Of a stretch of DNA of 64,000 nucleotides, positions 44,032 to 53,300 are shown one piece after another (the stretch's first letter is position 1; every line of letters starts with the position of its first letter). A program made the translations under genes and the position numbers. The notes under the pieces were generated by a model. That model made no database searches. It had not been told where the DNA came from and worked only from the letters and a program-made list of their open reading frames with translations. This stretch comes from a virus (Duplodnaviria; Heunggongvirae; Uroviricota; Caudoviricetes), in the IMG/VR virus record IMGVR_UViG_3300009008_000004, positions 18,004 through 82,003 of that record; one strand, 5' to 3'.

Positions 44032-45639
44032 ATGTCCAAGCTAGAAACCCTGATCCGGGCTGCGTACCCGGTGATCTACGTTGAGACCCCCGAAGAGGAG
44101 CGGTTGTTCCATGAACTTTCACGGATCACCACCGAAACGGGGCTGGATTTATTCACTTGGGATATTTCCGCTGGCTTCCGCCAGTATAAGGACGACGAGT
44201 TCAAGGACATCGATCCTGAAGCGGTAGAGCCACGCGAGGCTATCCCGCAGTATTTCATCAACAAAGATGACGTGAATGGGATTCTGGTACTCCCCGACAT
44301 CCACCGCCTGTTCCATGATGCCGCCTGCCTACGCTTGCTGCGCAACGCGCTCCAGCTGCGGCACCAGGGTGGCATCAAGATCATCTTGATGTGCTCCCCT
44401 ATCATTGACCTTCCCCTGGAGCTCCGCCGGCAGGTAGCTACTGTCGACTTCCCCCTCCCCTCCCGGGAGGAAATCAAGGAATTCCTCGAGGAGCAGCGCA
44501 ACGACGTCCCCAAGACCCTCTTCCCTGTGAAGAAGGAGATGGCGGAGGTGGTTGATAGCTGCCGTGGGCTGACGATGATGGAGATTGAGAATGTTCTGGC
44601 CAACTGCCTGGTCGAGGATTCTCCTCTGAAACCCAGCCGGGTTATCGGGGAGAAGAAAGAGATTCTCCGTGGGGCCAAGTCCCTGGAGTACATCGAATCT
44701 CCCTTGGAACTGAACAAGGATGTCGGGGGTCTCGAGAACGTGATTGCCTGGCTCGAGCTTCGCAAGCGTGCCTTCTCTGAGGATGCTGTGAAGTTCGGGA
44801 TTCCTGCGCCCAAAGGCTTGCTCCTGGTGGGTTTGCCTGGAACAGGGAAAAGCTTGGTCGCCAAAGCAGTTGGTGGTTCTTGGAAGTTCCCTCTGATCCG
44901 CTTCAATATGGGCGCTGCCTTCTCGAAGTGGCAGGGGGAATCCGAGGCGGAGATCCGGAATGCCTGGAACACCGCAGAGGCCTGCGCACCATGCCTCTTG
45001 GTAGTGGATGAAATTGATAAAGCGACCGGCGGTCTGGGCGGCGACTCAGACAATGGGACCGGGAACCGAATTCTTGGAGACCTGCTGACGAAGATGCAGG
45101 AGAACACCAAGGGCGTGGTCGTTATTGCTACCTGTAATGACGTACAGGCGATGCACCCAGCATTGCTTCGTAAAGGCCGCTTTGACGAGATTATCTTCGT
45201 GGACTTGCCCGGCCCCAAGGCCATCGAGCAGATCCTCGATATCCACTTGACGGCAAAGAAGCAGCCAACGTTGGATTCGTTCACCAAGAAAGAACGGAAA
45301 AGCATCGTCGAGCACATGCAGGGCATGACCGGCGCGGAGATTGAGCAGGCAGTTGTAGATGCCATGTACCTGGCATTTGCTGCTGAGCGGGCCCTCCTTC
45401 CTGAGGACCTCGTAGCTGCCGCTACTAACACCCGACCGTATTGCGTCCTGAAAGAGGAGGAAGTCAAATGGATGCGGAAGTGGGCAGAAAACAGGGCGGT
45501 GCCAGCATCCGCCGAAGTCTTGGACTTGACGAAAGCCCTGGACTTTCGCAAGCGCTTGGGCCAAGAACTCCCAGCGGATTCACCAATGTCTACGGTAAAG
45601 AAGCTGCGGCTAAAACGTCCCTCGCGCTCTGGCTCGTAG
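44032..45639 (+). CDS. AAA+ ATPase (classical AAA clade) with N-terminal domain
   Basis: LLLVGLPGTGKSLVAKAV Walker A, CLLVVDEIDKA Walker B, ATCNDVQAMHPALLRKGRFDEII sensor/Arg-finger region. Confidence 0.8.
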   Translation: MSKLETLIRAAYPVIYVETPEEERLFHELSRITTETGLDLFTWDISAGFRQYKDDEFKDIDPEAVEPREAIPQYFINKDDVNGILVLPDIHRLFHDAACLRLLRNALQLRHQGGIKIILMCSPIIDLPLELRRQVATVDFPLPSREEIKEFLEEQRNDVPKTLFPVKKEMAEVVDSCRGLTMMEIENVLANCLVEDSPLKPSRVIGEKKEILRGAKSLEYIESPLELNKDVGGLENVIAWLELRKRAFSEDAVKFGIPAPKGLLLVGLPGTGKSLVAKAVGGSWKFPLIRFNMGAAFSKWQGESEAEIRNAWNTAEACAPCLLVVDEIDKATGGLGGDSDNGTGNRILGDLLTKMQENTKGVVVIATCNDVQAMHPALLRKGRFDEIIFVDLPGPKAIEQILDIHLTAKKQPTLDSFTKKERKSIVEHMQGMTGAEIEQAVVDAMYLAFAAERALLPEDLVAAATNTRPYCVLKEEEVKWMRKWAENRAVPASAEVLDLTKALDFRKRLGQELPADSPMSTVKKLRLKRPSRSGS

Positions 45640-46355
45640 GTATCGCTCAGAATACGCGGCCCACTTACTGGCTGCCTTTTGAGCCCTTACCCGAAAGAGA
45701 CTACATCTCCTCTCTGCAGGTGGACCTGTCAAAGCTCCTCCTCGCAGAAGACGTACGTACCATGGATGACGTGGGGTACCTCCTTGCTGGACTTCCCAGG
45801 GAGGCGCTCCTCGTGATCGATTCCATGGATACTATGCCGATCGGGGCTGGACGACGACTAACTACTGAAAAGCAAGGGGTGAGTTCCGCACTACAGGAAC
45901 TCGCCGCCTTTGCTCCCTTGCTACAATCAAGGCAGATCAGCGTTATCCTGATCTCCCAAATACGGTATAGGCCGGCAACTGGACTACAATCCAGCGCAGG
46001 TGCAATGGAGGGTGCACTTACTGCTGCACTAAACCTCCGAGTACTCAGCCGAGAAACCAAATACGGGGAGCGTACGTGGACCCAGATAGCGGTAGAGAAC
46101 ACACGGCATACGTTGAACCCCCCGGGAAGGGAATGCATACTCTACATGCACCCGTCTCTCGGAATATCGCCCGAACGAGAACTGGTAGAGGAGTTGAAGA
46201 AACGGTACGGTACTAAGTGGAGGTCGGAGCTCACCGGGCGTACAGGTGTTCGACTTCCCAATGGTCTTGTTGCTGCGGCTCAAGCGATCCGCGACAACCC
46301 GGAAACCGCAGAGAAGCTATGGAGGTTACTGTGGCAAAGAAGAAAATCGAAGTAA
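45468..46355 (+). CDS. RecA-like recombinase homolog with degenerate P-loop
   Basis: SLGLDESPG...ALG, YGKEAAAKTS (cf. RecA YGPESSGKTT), LLVIDSMDTM (cf. VVDSVAAL), ILISQIR (cf. IFINQIR), AIRDNPETAEKLWRLL (cf. [20 protein letters not shown]); N-terminus overlaps AAA gene. Confidence 0.5.
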   Translation: MDAEVGRKQGGASIRRSLGLDESPGLSQALGPRTPSGFTNVYGKEAAAKTSLALWLVGIAQNTRPTYWLPFEPLPERDYISSLQVDLSKLLLAEDVRTMDDVGYLLAGLPREALLVIDSMDTMPIGAGRRLTTEKQGVSSALQELAAFAPLLQSRQISVILISQIRYRPATGLQSSAGAMEGALTAALNLRVLSRETKYGERTWTQIAVENTRHTLNPPGRECILYMHPSLGISPERELVEELKKRYGTKWRSELTGRTGVRLPNGLVAAAQAIRDNPETAEKLWRLLWQRRKSK

Positions 46356-46543
46356 CAATCAACCCTGACGGGACTGTCGAGGGGGAGGCCATGGGCCATG
46401 AAGGGGATGGCTGCATGGATGCCCTGCGGGGGATTACCTCCGGAATGAAACGATTGCGGACAAAGCGAAAGCCCGAGTTCTTCAGAACCTGCAAGGTCAG
46501 CGCCCCCGCACTGCGGTATGGTGGTAAGGAGACCAAGCATTAA
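46319..46543 (+). CDS. small hypothetical protein
   Basis: ATG with GGAGG-containing context; basic. Confidence 0.3.
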   Translation: MEVTVAKKKIEVTINPDGTVEGEAMGHEGDGCMDALRGITSGMKRLRTKRKPEFFRTCKVSAPALRYGGKETKH

Positions 46544-46554
46544 GGAGGTCCCAT

Positions 46555-47163
46555 ATGCGCCACAACGCACCGATGCTCCATATAGAGGGCATTGTGTACC
46601 CAACGCAGGCGAACGGCCCAGGAAAGCGCATCCTTGTTGCTGTCCGTGGGTGTTCTCTGCAATGCCCCGGGTGTGTAAACAAACATCTATGGGATCGTAC
46701 CCTCGGCGGAAGATACGTAGACCCAGCGAAGTTCGTGGATGAGTTGCTGAAGACAACGGGACTCTCTCGGGAGGATGCCACTAATGTCGGGCTTACAATC
46801 TCCGGGGCAGAGCCACTAGACCAAGCAGCCGCTCTCTTCATCCTACTTGTCCAAGCAGCCCTGACCTTCAGGGATATCATCGTCTTCTCCGGTTACACCA
46901 TCGAGGAGATCGAGGAAGACGCTCTGAAGAGCTCTTGCCTGGCATGGCTGGACGCAATTATCACAAATAGATATTTGCGGGAGCAGCACGCTACACAGGG
47001 CCTCAAAGGGTCTGCCAATCAGGAAATCATCGTCAACCCCTACCGGAACAAGCTCACTCTGCAAGAGTTGGAGGATTTCGAGCATGTAGTTGAGATCCAC
47101 CCAATCGGGGTGATAACCGGCTTCCCATCAAAGGAAGAGGAGGAAGCATGTCAGCATTCATAG
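46555..47163 (+). CDS. radical-SAM activating-enzyme-like protein (NrdG/QueE-like CxxxCxxC)
   Basis: YPTQANGPGKRILVAVRGCSLQCPGCVN: CxxxCxxC cluster in NrdG/QueE-type context; RBS AGGAGG. Confidence 0.55.
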   Translation: MRHNAPMLHIEGIVYPTQANGPGKRILVAVRGCSLQCPGCVNKHLWDRTLGGRYVDPAKFVDELLKTTGLSREDATNVGLTISGAEPLDQAAALFILLVQAALTFRDIIVFSGYTIEEIEEDALKSSCLAWLDAIITNRYLREQHATQGLKGSANQEIIVNPYRNKLTLQELEDFEHVVEIHPIGVITGFPSKEEEEACQHS

Positions 47164-47573
47164 TTTGCGATCCTGTGGAGCTCACCGAGGATCAGATACT
47201 CCAAACCCTCAAGCTCCTGGGCTATGAGACCATCGAACAGGGAAAAGATCTCCACCTGTATGGCTACCAGGGAGACAAGCGGAAAGAGACCGCGGATATT
47301 GTTGTGCGTCGAAAGTACATCGGCCACTCCAGCAATGACCTTGGCTTCAAGAAGGGTGCGGACGGGAAATACAAGATGATCGTTTCCGAGTACGATCAGC
47401 GTGCCCTCGTAACCAAGCACAACGGTAAGCGAGGAATGCGTTTCCAGCAACTCTTCACGCAAGCAGCCTCTACCTCGAAGGTAATCGAGAATGCTCGCCA
47501 GAAGAAACTCCGGGTCGAAATGCCACAGGAAGGTCTACGGTGGGGAGAACCGATTAAGCTCTCAATTGGCTAA
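47148..47573 (+). CDS. hypothetical protein
   Basis: 141-aa ORF; last + strand gene before strand switch. Confidence 0.45.
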   Translation: MSAFIVCDPVELTEDQILQTLKLLGYETIEQGKDLHLYGYQGDKRKETADIVVRRKYIGHSSNDLGFKKGADGKYKMIVSEYDQRALVTKHNGKRGMRFQQLFTQAASTSKVIENARQKKLRVEMPQEGLRWGEPIKLSIG

Positions 47574-48364
47574 CCGTCGTCGACAATGCTGGCATTGATA
47601 GATGCGCCAAACTCAGGCTGCTGATTCGGAGCTGCCGTCACCAGGTTCACAGCCGGGGTGTTGATCGGAACCACGTTCCCCGGAATGATGGTGATAGTCT
47701 CCTGGATAATCAGGCCCTGGGAGTCCACAGCCATAGTATGTGTCGGAATCATGCACTGCTCGAGGTAGTACGCCCCGACAGTGTTGTCTTCCGTGTCCCG
47801 CATGAGCAACATAATGCCCGTCGGGACGCGGAAGATATCCGACGCCAAGTTCAACCACAGGTTATCATACCCGGGCTGAGTATGGATTGTGGGCAACTCT
47901 CCCGTGAGGGCTGCGCCGTAATCAGAAGCCGTACCCGTGGACGAGAAGGGCTGCAGATAGTCGGGGACAGAGCCCTCGAACATATCGTTGATTGCGGACA
48001 CATCCTGAGGTGAGTCGCTTCCAGTGTAGTACCAGGCGTACATAACACGCAGCAGCGAGGGCCCGTGGTACACAATACGACCCAGGGTTACCTGGCGTAC
48101 TGTACGGCCGCGGAAGAAGTAAGACTTCTCACTCCCAATCTCGAAGAGCTGTTGGACCGCCGAGTTCTGTGCGATAGCAAAGTTCTGAGCCAGACCTATA
48201 GGGTAAACATTGCTCGTCGCCGCAGTACCAAGTGCCTGCAAGAAAGGCGGGCCCACGCACAACAACGTATTTTTACCTGTCAGGTAGTTATTGTCCCGGA
48301 GGCCCCCTTGAACATGTTGGCCCCAGGGGTTCCAGCCGTCAGTTCCGAAAATCTTTTCAGTCAT
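47570..48364 (-). CDS. virion structural protein (hypothetical)
   Basis: 264-aa ORF in minus-strand structural block; stop overlaps + gene stop. Confidence 0.5.
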   Translation of the reverse strand: MTEKIFGTDGWNPWGQHVQGGLRDNNYLTGKNTLLCVGPPFLQALGTAATSNVYPIGLAQNFAIAQNSAVQQLFEIGSEKSYFFRGRTVRQVTLGRIVYHGPSLLRVMYAWYYTGSDSPQDVSAINDMFEGSVPDYLQPFSSTGTASDYGAALTGELPTIHTQPGYDNLWLNLASDIFRVPTGIMLLMRDTEDNTVGAYYLEQCMIPTHTMAVDSQGLIIQETITIIPGNVVPINTPAVNLVTAAPNQQPEFGASINASIVDDG

Positions 48365-48394
48365 TAGTTGGACCTCCGTTGAGGGTCACTACCT

Positions 48395-49012
48395 TTACGA
48401 TAGATCGACCGTGTTCTCAGTAAACTGGACCACAGCAGAGGTGAGAATCACTGCGGAAGTTCCGCCACCTGTGTCGTCCACGAAAAAACGGAAAAGGAGC
48501 GTTTCGCCCGCACCCATGTATGCCGGGGTGCCCGCATCGACCAGTGTTGCTTTGTGCAGCTCGGGAGCTGCGGTGTCATCACCGCGCTTCGCCGGGGTGT
48601 TATGGTCTGCATCGTAGTCAGCATTGTCGTTCCCAAAGAGAACTGCTGCTGTCCGTGCCGCACCATCAGCACCCTGGGTCACCTTCCAGAGCTCGCAACG
48701 AAGATCGACAACCACATCCGCAGTACCTACGGTGTAGTTGACCGTCATACCTGTAGGCATAATCCCCTTTCCAGCAGTTGTTCTGTTGGGTACAGGAACA
48801 GAAACCCACCAGGATTCGCCGCTGGCAGCTGCTGCCCGCGTAACGGACTGAAGACCGCCGGACGTAACAGAAGGCGTAAAGCCTCCACCGTCCTTGAATC
48901 CCATCAAAATATCGACAGCGATTTCGCCGTCAGTCTCCGCTGTGCCGGCGGCGGCAAGCTGTGTATCAAGCGGAGTAGTTGTATTGGCATCAAGTGTAAA
49001 TGCTTTTACCAT
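48395..49012 (-). CDS. virion structural protein (hypothetical, Thr/Ala/Gly-rich)
   Basis: 205-aa ORF. Confidence 0.5.
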   Translation of the reverse strand: MVKAFTLDANTTTPLDTQLAAAGTAETDGEIAVDILMGFKDGGGFTPSVTSGGLQSVTRAAAASGESWWVSVPVPNRTTAGKGIMPTGMTVNYTVGTADVVVDLRCELWKVTQGADGAARTAAVLFGNDNADYDADHNTPAKRGDDTAAPELHKATLVDAGTPAYMGAGETLLFRFFVDDTGGGTSAVILTSAVVQFTENTVDLS

Positions 49013-49038
49013 TGTAATCCTCCCTGCCTACTCCGAGG

Positions 49039-49506
49039 CTATTCAGAAATCACGTAGTCGATGAAAGCTACGATACGGCCAGTAACTCCCAGATCGGCTG
49101 CGGCGACAGTCAGATCCAAGGTCTGCGCTGCCGTGGTTTTAATCATCACTGCTTCCAAGCTAATGCCGCCCGAGAAGGGAGCCGCATTGAAGGCAGTCGC
49201 CAGCTTGACGTCATTCGCGGCTTCGATCCCGAGGGCTACCGTAGCAGCACCACCTGAGGACAGCAGCGTAGTAACATCAAGACGAACATTGGTGACAATC
49301 GCGTTGTCGGGAATGGTAAGGCTGGTACCGGCCGCAGTCCTAAAGGGATGCGGACTACCAGCGATATCCAGCGTATCCTCAGAAGCATCGATGTATGCCT
49401 TGAGGGTCCCGGTCATCTGATCCCCATAGGTGGTCCCATCAGTGGCCACAACACCGTCGCCCTGAGTGAGGTCCAACCCCGTCGAATCAATAGTGAATCC
49501 TTTCAT
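49039..49506 (-). CDS. small structural protein, paralog A
   Basis: near-identical block DTLDIAGSPHPFRTAAGTSLTIPDNAIVTNVRLDV shared with next gene. Confidence 0.55.
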   Translation of the reverse strand: MKGFTIDSTGLDLTQGDGVVATDGTTYGDQMTGTLKAYIDASEDTLDIAGSPHPFRTAAGTSLTIPDNAIVTNVRLDVTTLLSSGGAATVALGIEAANDVKLATAFNAAPFSGGISLEAVMIKTTAAQTLDLTVAAADLGVTGRIVAFIDYVISE

Positions 49507-49531
49507 GGTATTCCTCCCGCCCTACTCAGGC

Positions 49532-50254
49532 TTATTCGGTTACAAAGTAGTCAACCAGCGCCACAATCTTACCCGCGGTCAGGTCCTCTGCGGCAACCGT
49601 AAGGTCCAGTGTCTGAGCACCAGTGGTCTTCACAATAAGAGTCTCCAGGCTCTGCCCGACAGCACCACCAGCATTGAAGGGGGCCCCGGTAATAATGGTA
49701 ACGCCCTTGACGTCAGTAGTAGTCTCAACACCCAGAGAAACTGTAGCCGCGTTAGTAGCAGACGCCAGCACAGTTACCACATCCAGACGCACGTTAGTGA
49801 TAATGGCGTTGTCTGGGATAGTGAGGCTCACACCAGCCGCAGTTCTGAAGGGGTGAGGGCTACCGGCAATATCGAGCGTATCCTCGGTAGCATCAATGTA
49901 GGCATGCGCAGTGTAGCAAGCCTGCGTTGCTCCGTAGGTAGCTCCCTGCGCGAAACTGGTAACACCGGCGTTGGTGATGGCCAGCGGGCCAGTCACTGCG
50001 ACAGAAGTTGCGGTGGTACCGTTACCGACCACGATCTGTGCATTTCCACTGATGTCCAACGCAGTGGGGATATTGGTAGCATTACCGATAAGCATGTTTC
50101 CTTCGGTCAGACCACCAACAATTCCGCCCAGTGCAGTTTCCAGCAGTACAAACGCTGCATCGACATCGCCACGTAGGTCGCGCGCGACCTCATCCCCTCT
50201 TTCCAAGTGGGGGATCGAAGCGACCTGGCTTCCGAAATAAGTACTAGATCCCAT
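49532..50254 (-). CDS. structural protein, paralog B (N-terminal extension + paralogous C-terminal domain)
   Basis: C-terminal 150 aa about 65% identical to 49039-49506 product. Confidence 0.55.
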   Translation of the reverse strand: MGSSTYFGSQVASIPHLERGDEVARDLRGDVDAAFVLLETALGGIVGGLTEGNMLIGNATNIPTALDISGNAQIVVGNGTTATSVAVTGPLAITNAGVTSFAQGATYGATQACYTAHAYIDATEDTLDIAGSPHPFRTAAGVSLTIPDNAIITNVRLDVVTVLASATNAATVSLGVETTTDVKGVTIITGAPFNAGGAVGQSLETLIVKTTGAQTLDLTVAAEDLTAGKIVALVDYFVTE

Positions 50255-50298
50255 GGTTCATTCCTCCCTATAAGGTCCGTCTTTCAAACGAATTCATT

Positions 50299-50315
50299 TT
50301 ATCTCAACGAGATAA
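50299..50315. promoter_or_regulatory. perfect palindrome TTATCTC-AAC-GAGATAA
   Basis: in 66-bp gap upstream (minus-strand sense) of gene 49532-50254; same family as sites at 3306, 11234, 34304. Confidence 0.5.
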
Positions 50316-50320
50316 TTCTC

Positions 50321-53300
50321 CTACACTACCAGCGTCACGTTGATCTGGTTGGCCGGGTAGTACGGCGTCACCGAGATATCCACATACAGCGTATCCGGCT
50401 GCTGTGAGTCGATGTAGATGTTGGTGATCGTGATCTTCGATACGATTGTCCCAGTCATCCCACCGATTACAGAGCTAACCAAAATGCTCACGTAGTCAAG
50501 GAAATTCCTTGTCAGATTGAACTTCCCAGCCAACCCCTGCATAGAGACCCGGAGCCGCTTCGTGATGTAGTCCAGCACATGGGTGATGGACGCTTCCCTG
50601 GTTTGCAGGGAGGTGACATCGGTAGTCAGCTGATGCCGAGTTTCAACTGCGGAGTAGCTGTCCTGCTGGATCAACCACCAAACACCGCCGCCGGCCGCGG
50701 TATCCATGTCGGAAGCTGACAGGAGATCCCAGGAGCCAGAGACACTCTCAATACCCGCAAGAGTAAGTCCGGTAAAGGACTGCTGCGGGGCAGTCGAAGC
50801 GCACAACCCAGCAAGGGCTGCACAAGTGTACATCCCATGGATAGAGGTCGAGGACCCACTTTCCAGGTAGGTAGCAGACGAGGGCTGCACGTACCGAACA
50901 CGGCGGTATCCGTACGCCGTCGCCTTTGAAGCAAGAGCAGCTGCGAGCTGCGCACGCCCCGTCGAGGTTGTGGTATCGATGGAGGCCTGCCTGACATAGA
51001 GAGTAACTGTCTCGCCATCAGCATCCCAAGCCGGGCTGTCTCCACCGGCCTCAACCATAGTAGTTGCGTAGAAGTTATCATCGTTACCGGTGGTCCCCGG
51101 GCCGGAGCCTGCGGAGAAACCGGTGATGCGGCACTTCAACACGTTGCCGGCCTTAATCTCAGACACGGAGTACTTGAACGGATCGTCCGTACGAGTGATG
51201 TAAAGGCCGTTTTCAATGGTAACTGCTCCCGAAATAGGGACAGTCGCACCATTTGCGTCGGTCTTGCCAGCCAGCACAGCAGCAATATTGAAACCGGTGG
51301 CCGCATCGATTGTGACCTCAAAAGAGGTACCAGCAATCTTGTTGAACGGAGCCGTGGTATTCGGTGCCGAGCCACAAGTAGTCGGGGTGCGCTCTGTAGG
51401 TGAATCTTCACAAACGAAGCACACACGCTCGCTCTTTCCGGTAGTCGGGTCTGCCATCGCAGTTACGTGGGCATCAAGCAGCTCATGGACTGCAGGGCTA
51501 TCCGACATCGGAGCAATGGCGTAAACATCGGCAGACTGCAGGAAGTCGAAGGCCTTGGCGTAGGCGCTCGTGGTTCCATAAGCCATCAAAGTCGAGGTTT
51601 CTTCGACACCAAATGCCTTCACCTGGATATTCGGTGCGTTCAGCATCGCAAGGTACACACCGAGGGCCAGCGGGTTCGAAGAATTGACGGGACCAATTGC
51701 AGTCTCCATCTCAGCGTAGGTCGAGTAAATCTGCACAGCCGGGCTTGCACCCGCGGCAGTTATGTCGGTACGCAGGGCAGTGTATCCAGCAGCCAGCTGC
51801 GCAGTGCTGCTCTGGTACTCAACACCACCACCATCTCGGTTAAGCCCGCCCTTCAGGTAGATCAGTTGGTTGGTAGTATCAAACCAGACCTCAGACCGCG
51901 GCTTATCAGAAGTAGTGTTACCCTGGTACTGCCCATCGGTAGCCGCACCAGTAATACCTTGAGAGGAGATGTACCAGGTGCCAAGAGCAGTACCTACTGT
52001 GGCGTTTTGCTCTGTCAGGTCGAGGTATGCGTTGGTCAGTGTCTGAGCGCCAACTATGCCGTCGTTCCAGGTATAGTTAGCGAAGGCAGAGATTGTTCCA
52101 ACGTAACTTCCGGCGTTATACAACTTATCACCGACCTGCACGCGCAGGGGGTCCCCGCGGAAGATCTTACCGGTGAAGTCTGTTGTAGACGTGGTGTACG
52201 GCCCACGGAACAGCATGTTCGCGGCATCTCCACCGAACTCAATTCCCGCATCGTAACCGGCGTAGTTACCGCACATGGTTGCGTCCAAGGTACACTTCAA
52301 AACTTTTTGGCCCGTAGTGAGCAAACGGTAGTCTACCGTATAGGGCCCAGCACCAAGAGAAGCAGCCAAGGTAATCGTCCCAGTCGCTGGGTTGATCCCA
52401 GATACCGTTGAGATAGTTCCCCCCAACGTACCGGATCCTCGGGGAACTGTGTCCCCGGTAATCTGCGCAAGAATAGTCGCCCCACCAACCCGAGCAGCCT
52501 CAACATACGTTAGAGCCGCGACATCGGCCGAAGCGTCTACGAGGGAAGTTGTAGTTAGCGTAGCTGATGTACTGCCATACATCTCTGTAGCATATGGAAT
52601 ATCGGCAGCAGCTTCGGCTGTGAACGGGGAACCGCCGGTCACCAACGCATTAAGGGCTGCAAGCAATCCCGCCTCATTCGTCATGTCAGCCGCATCAAGC
52701 GTATCCGACGTAACCGGTCCCCCATTCACCCTAACAGTAATTGTCTTATTGATCAGGGGTGAGGACGCGCCGTAGAATGACGCCGCGGTGAGCGGGCATT
52801 CCCCAAGTACCGTGGGGTAGGTTTGAGTTGCGCTTGTCGCGGCGTAGTTATATGGATCCGCCCCAAAGTTTAGGCCGTAGATCTTGCCGCTCAAGTCATC
52901 AGAAAGTAAAGCAGATGTAGAACCGTCCAAGTAGCTAATGTTAGTGCTCCCGACAGTCGTGTTAGGTCCAAGAAACGGCTCAATGGTCGCATTCGCCTTC
53001 ATGGCAGTATCAAGGGCGGCCGCCTTGCAGATGTCGGGAACAGCTACTGTCCAAGCCGCGCCACCTGCCCCGCAAACCGCTGGGCAGTATTCAATTTCAA
53101 TTTCTACCGGGAAGGCCGCCCCAGCTACGGGATTCTTTACATTCGGGAGAATATAAGACCCGGGCGATACCGTAAATCCTACGTCAGCCGCGACGCTCGA
53201 GATAATCGTAACGGCCCCACCGGTAAGGGTAGTCAGAGTAAAGACGGGACCAGCGCCTGTAAGGATATACCAACCATTATAGGCTTCGCCCGGGCCCGAC

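Noticed and set aside
44076-45551. 491-aa minus-strand ORF
   Set aside because: Antisense to the AAA+ ATPase gene with unambiguous Walker motifs; Arg/Ser-rich shadow frame.
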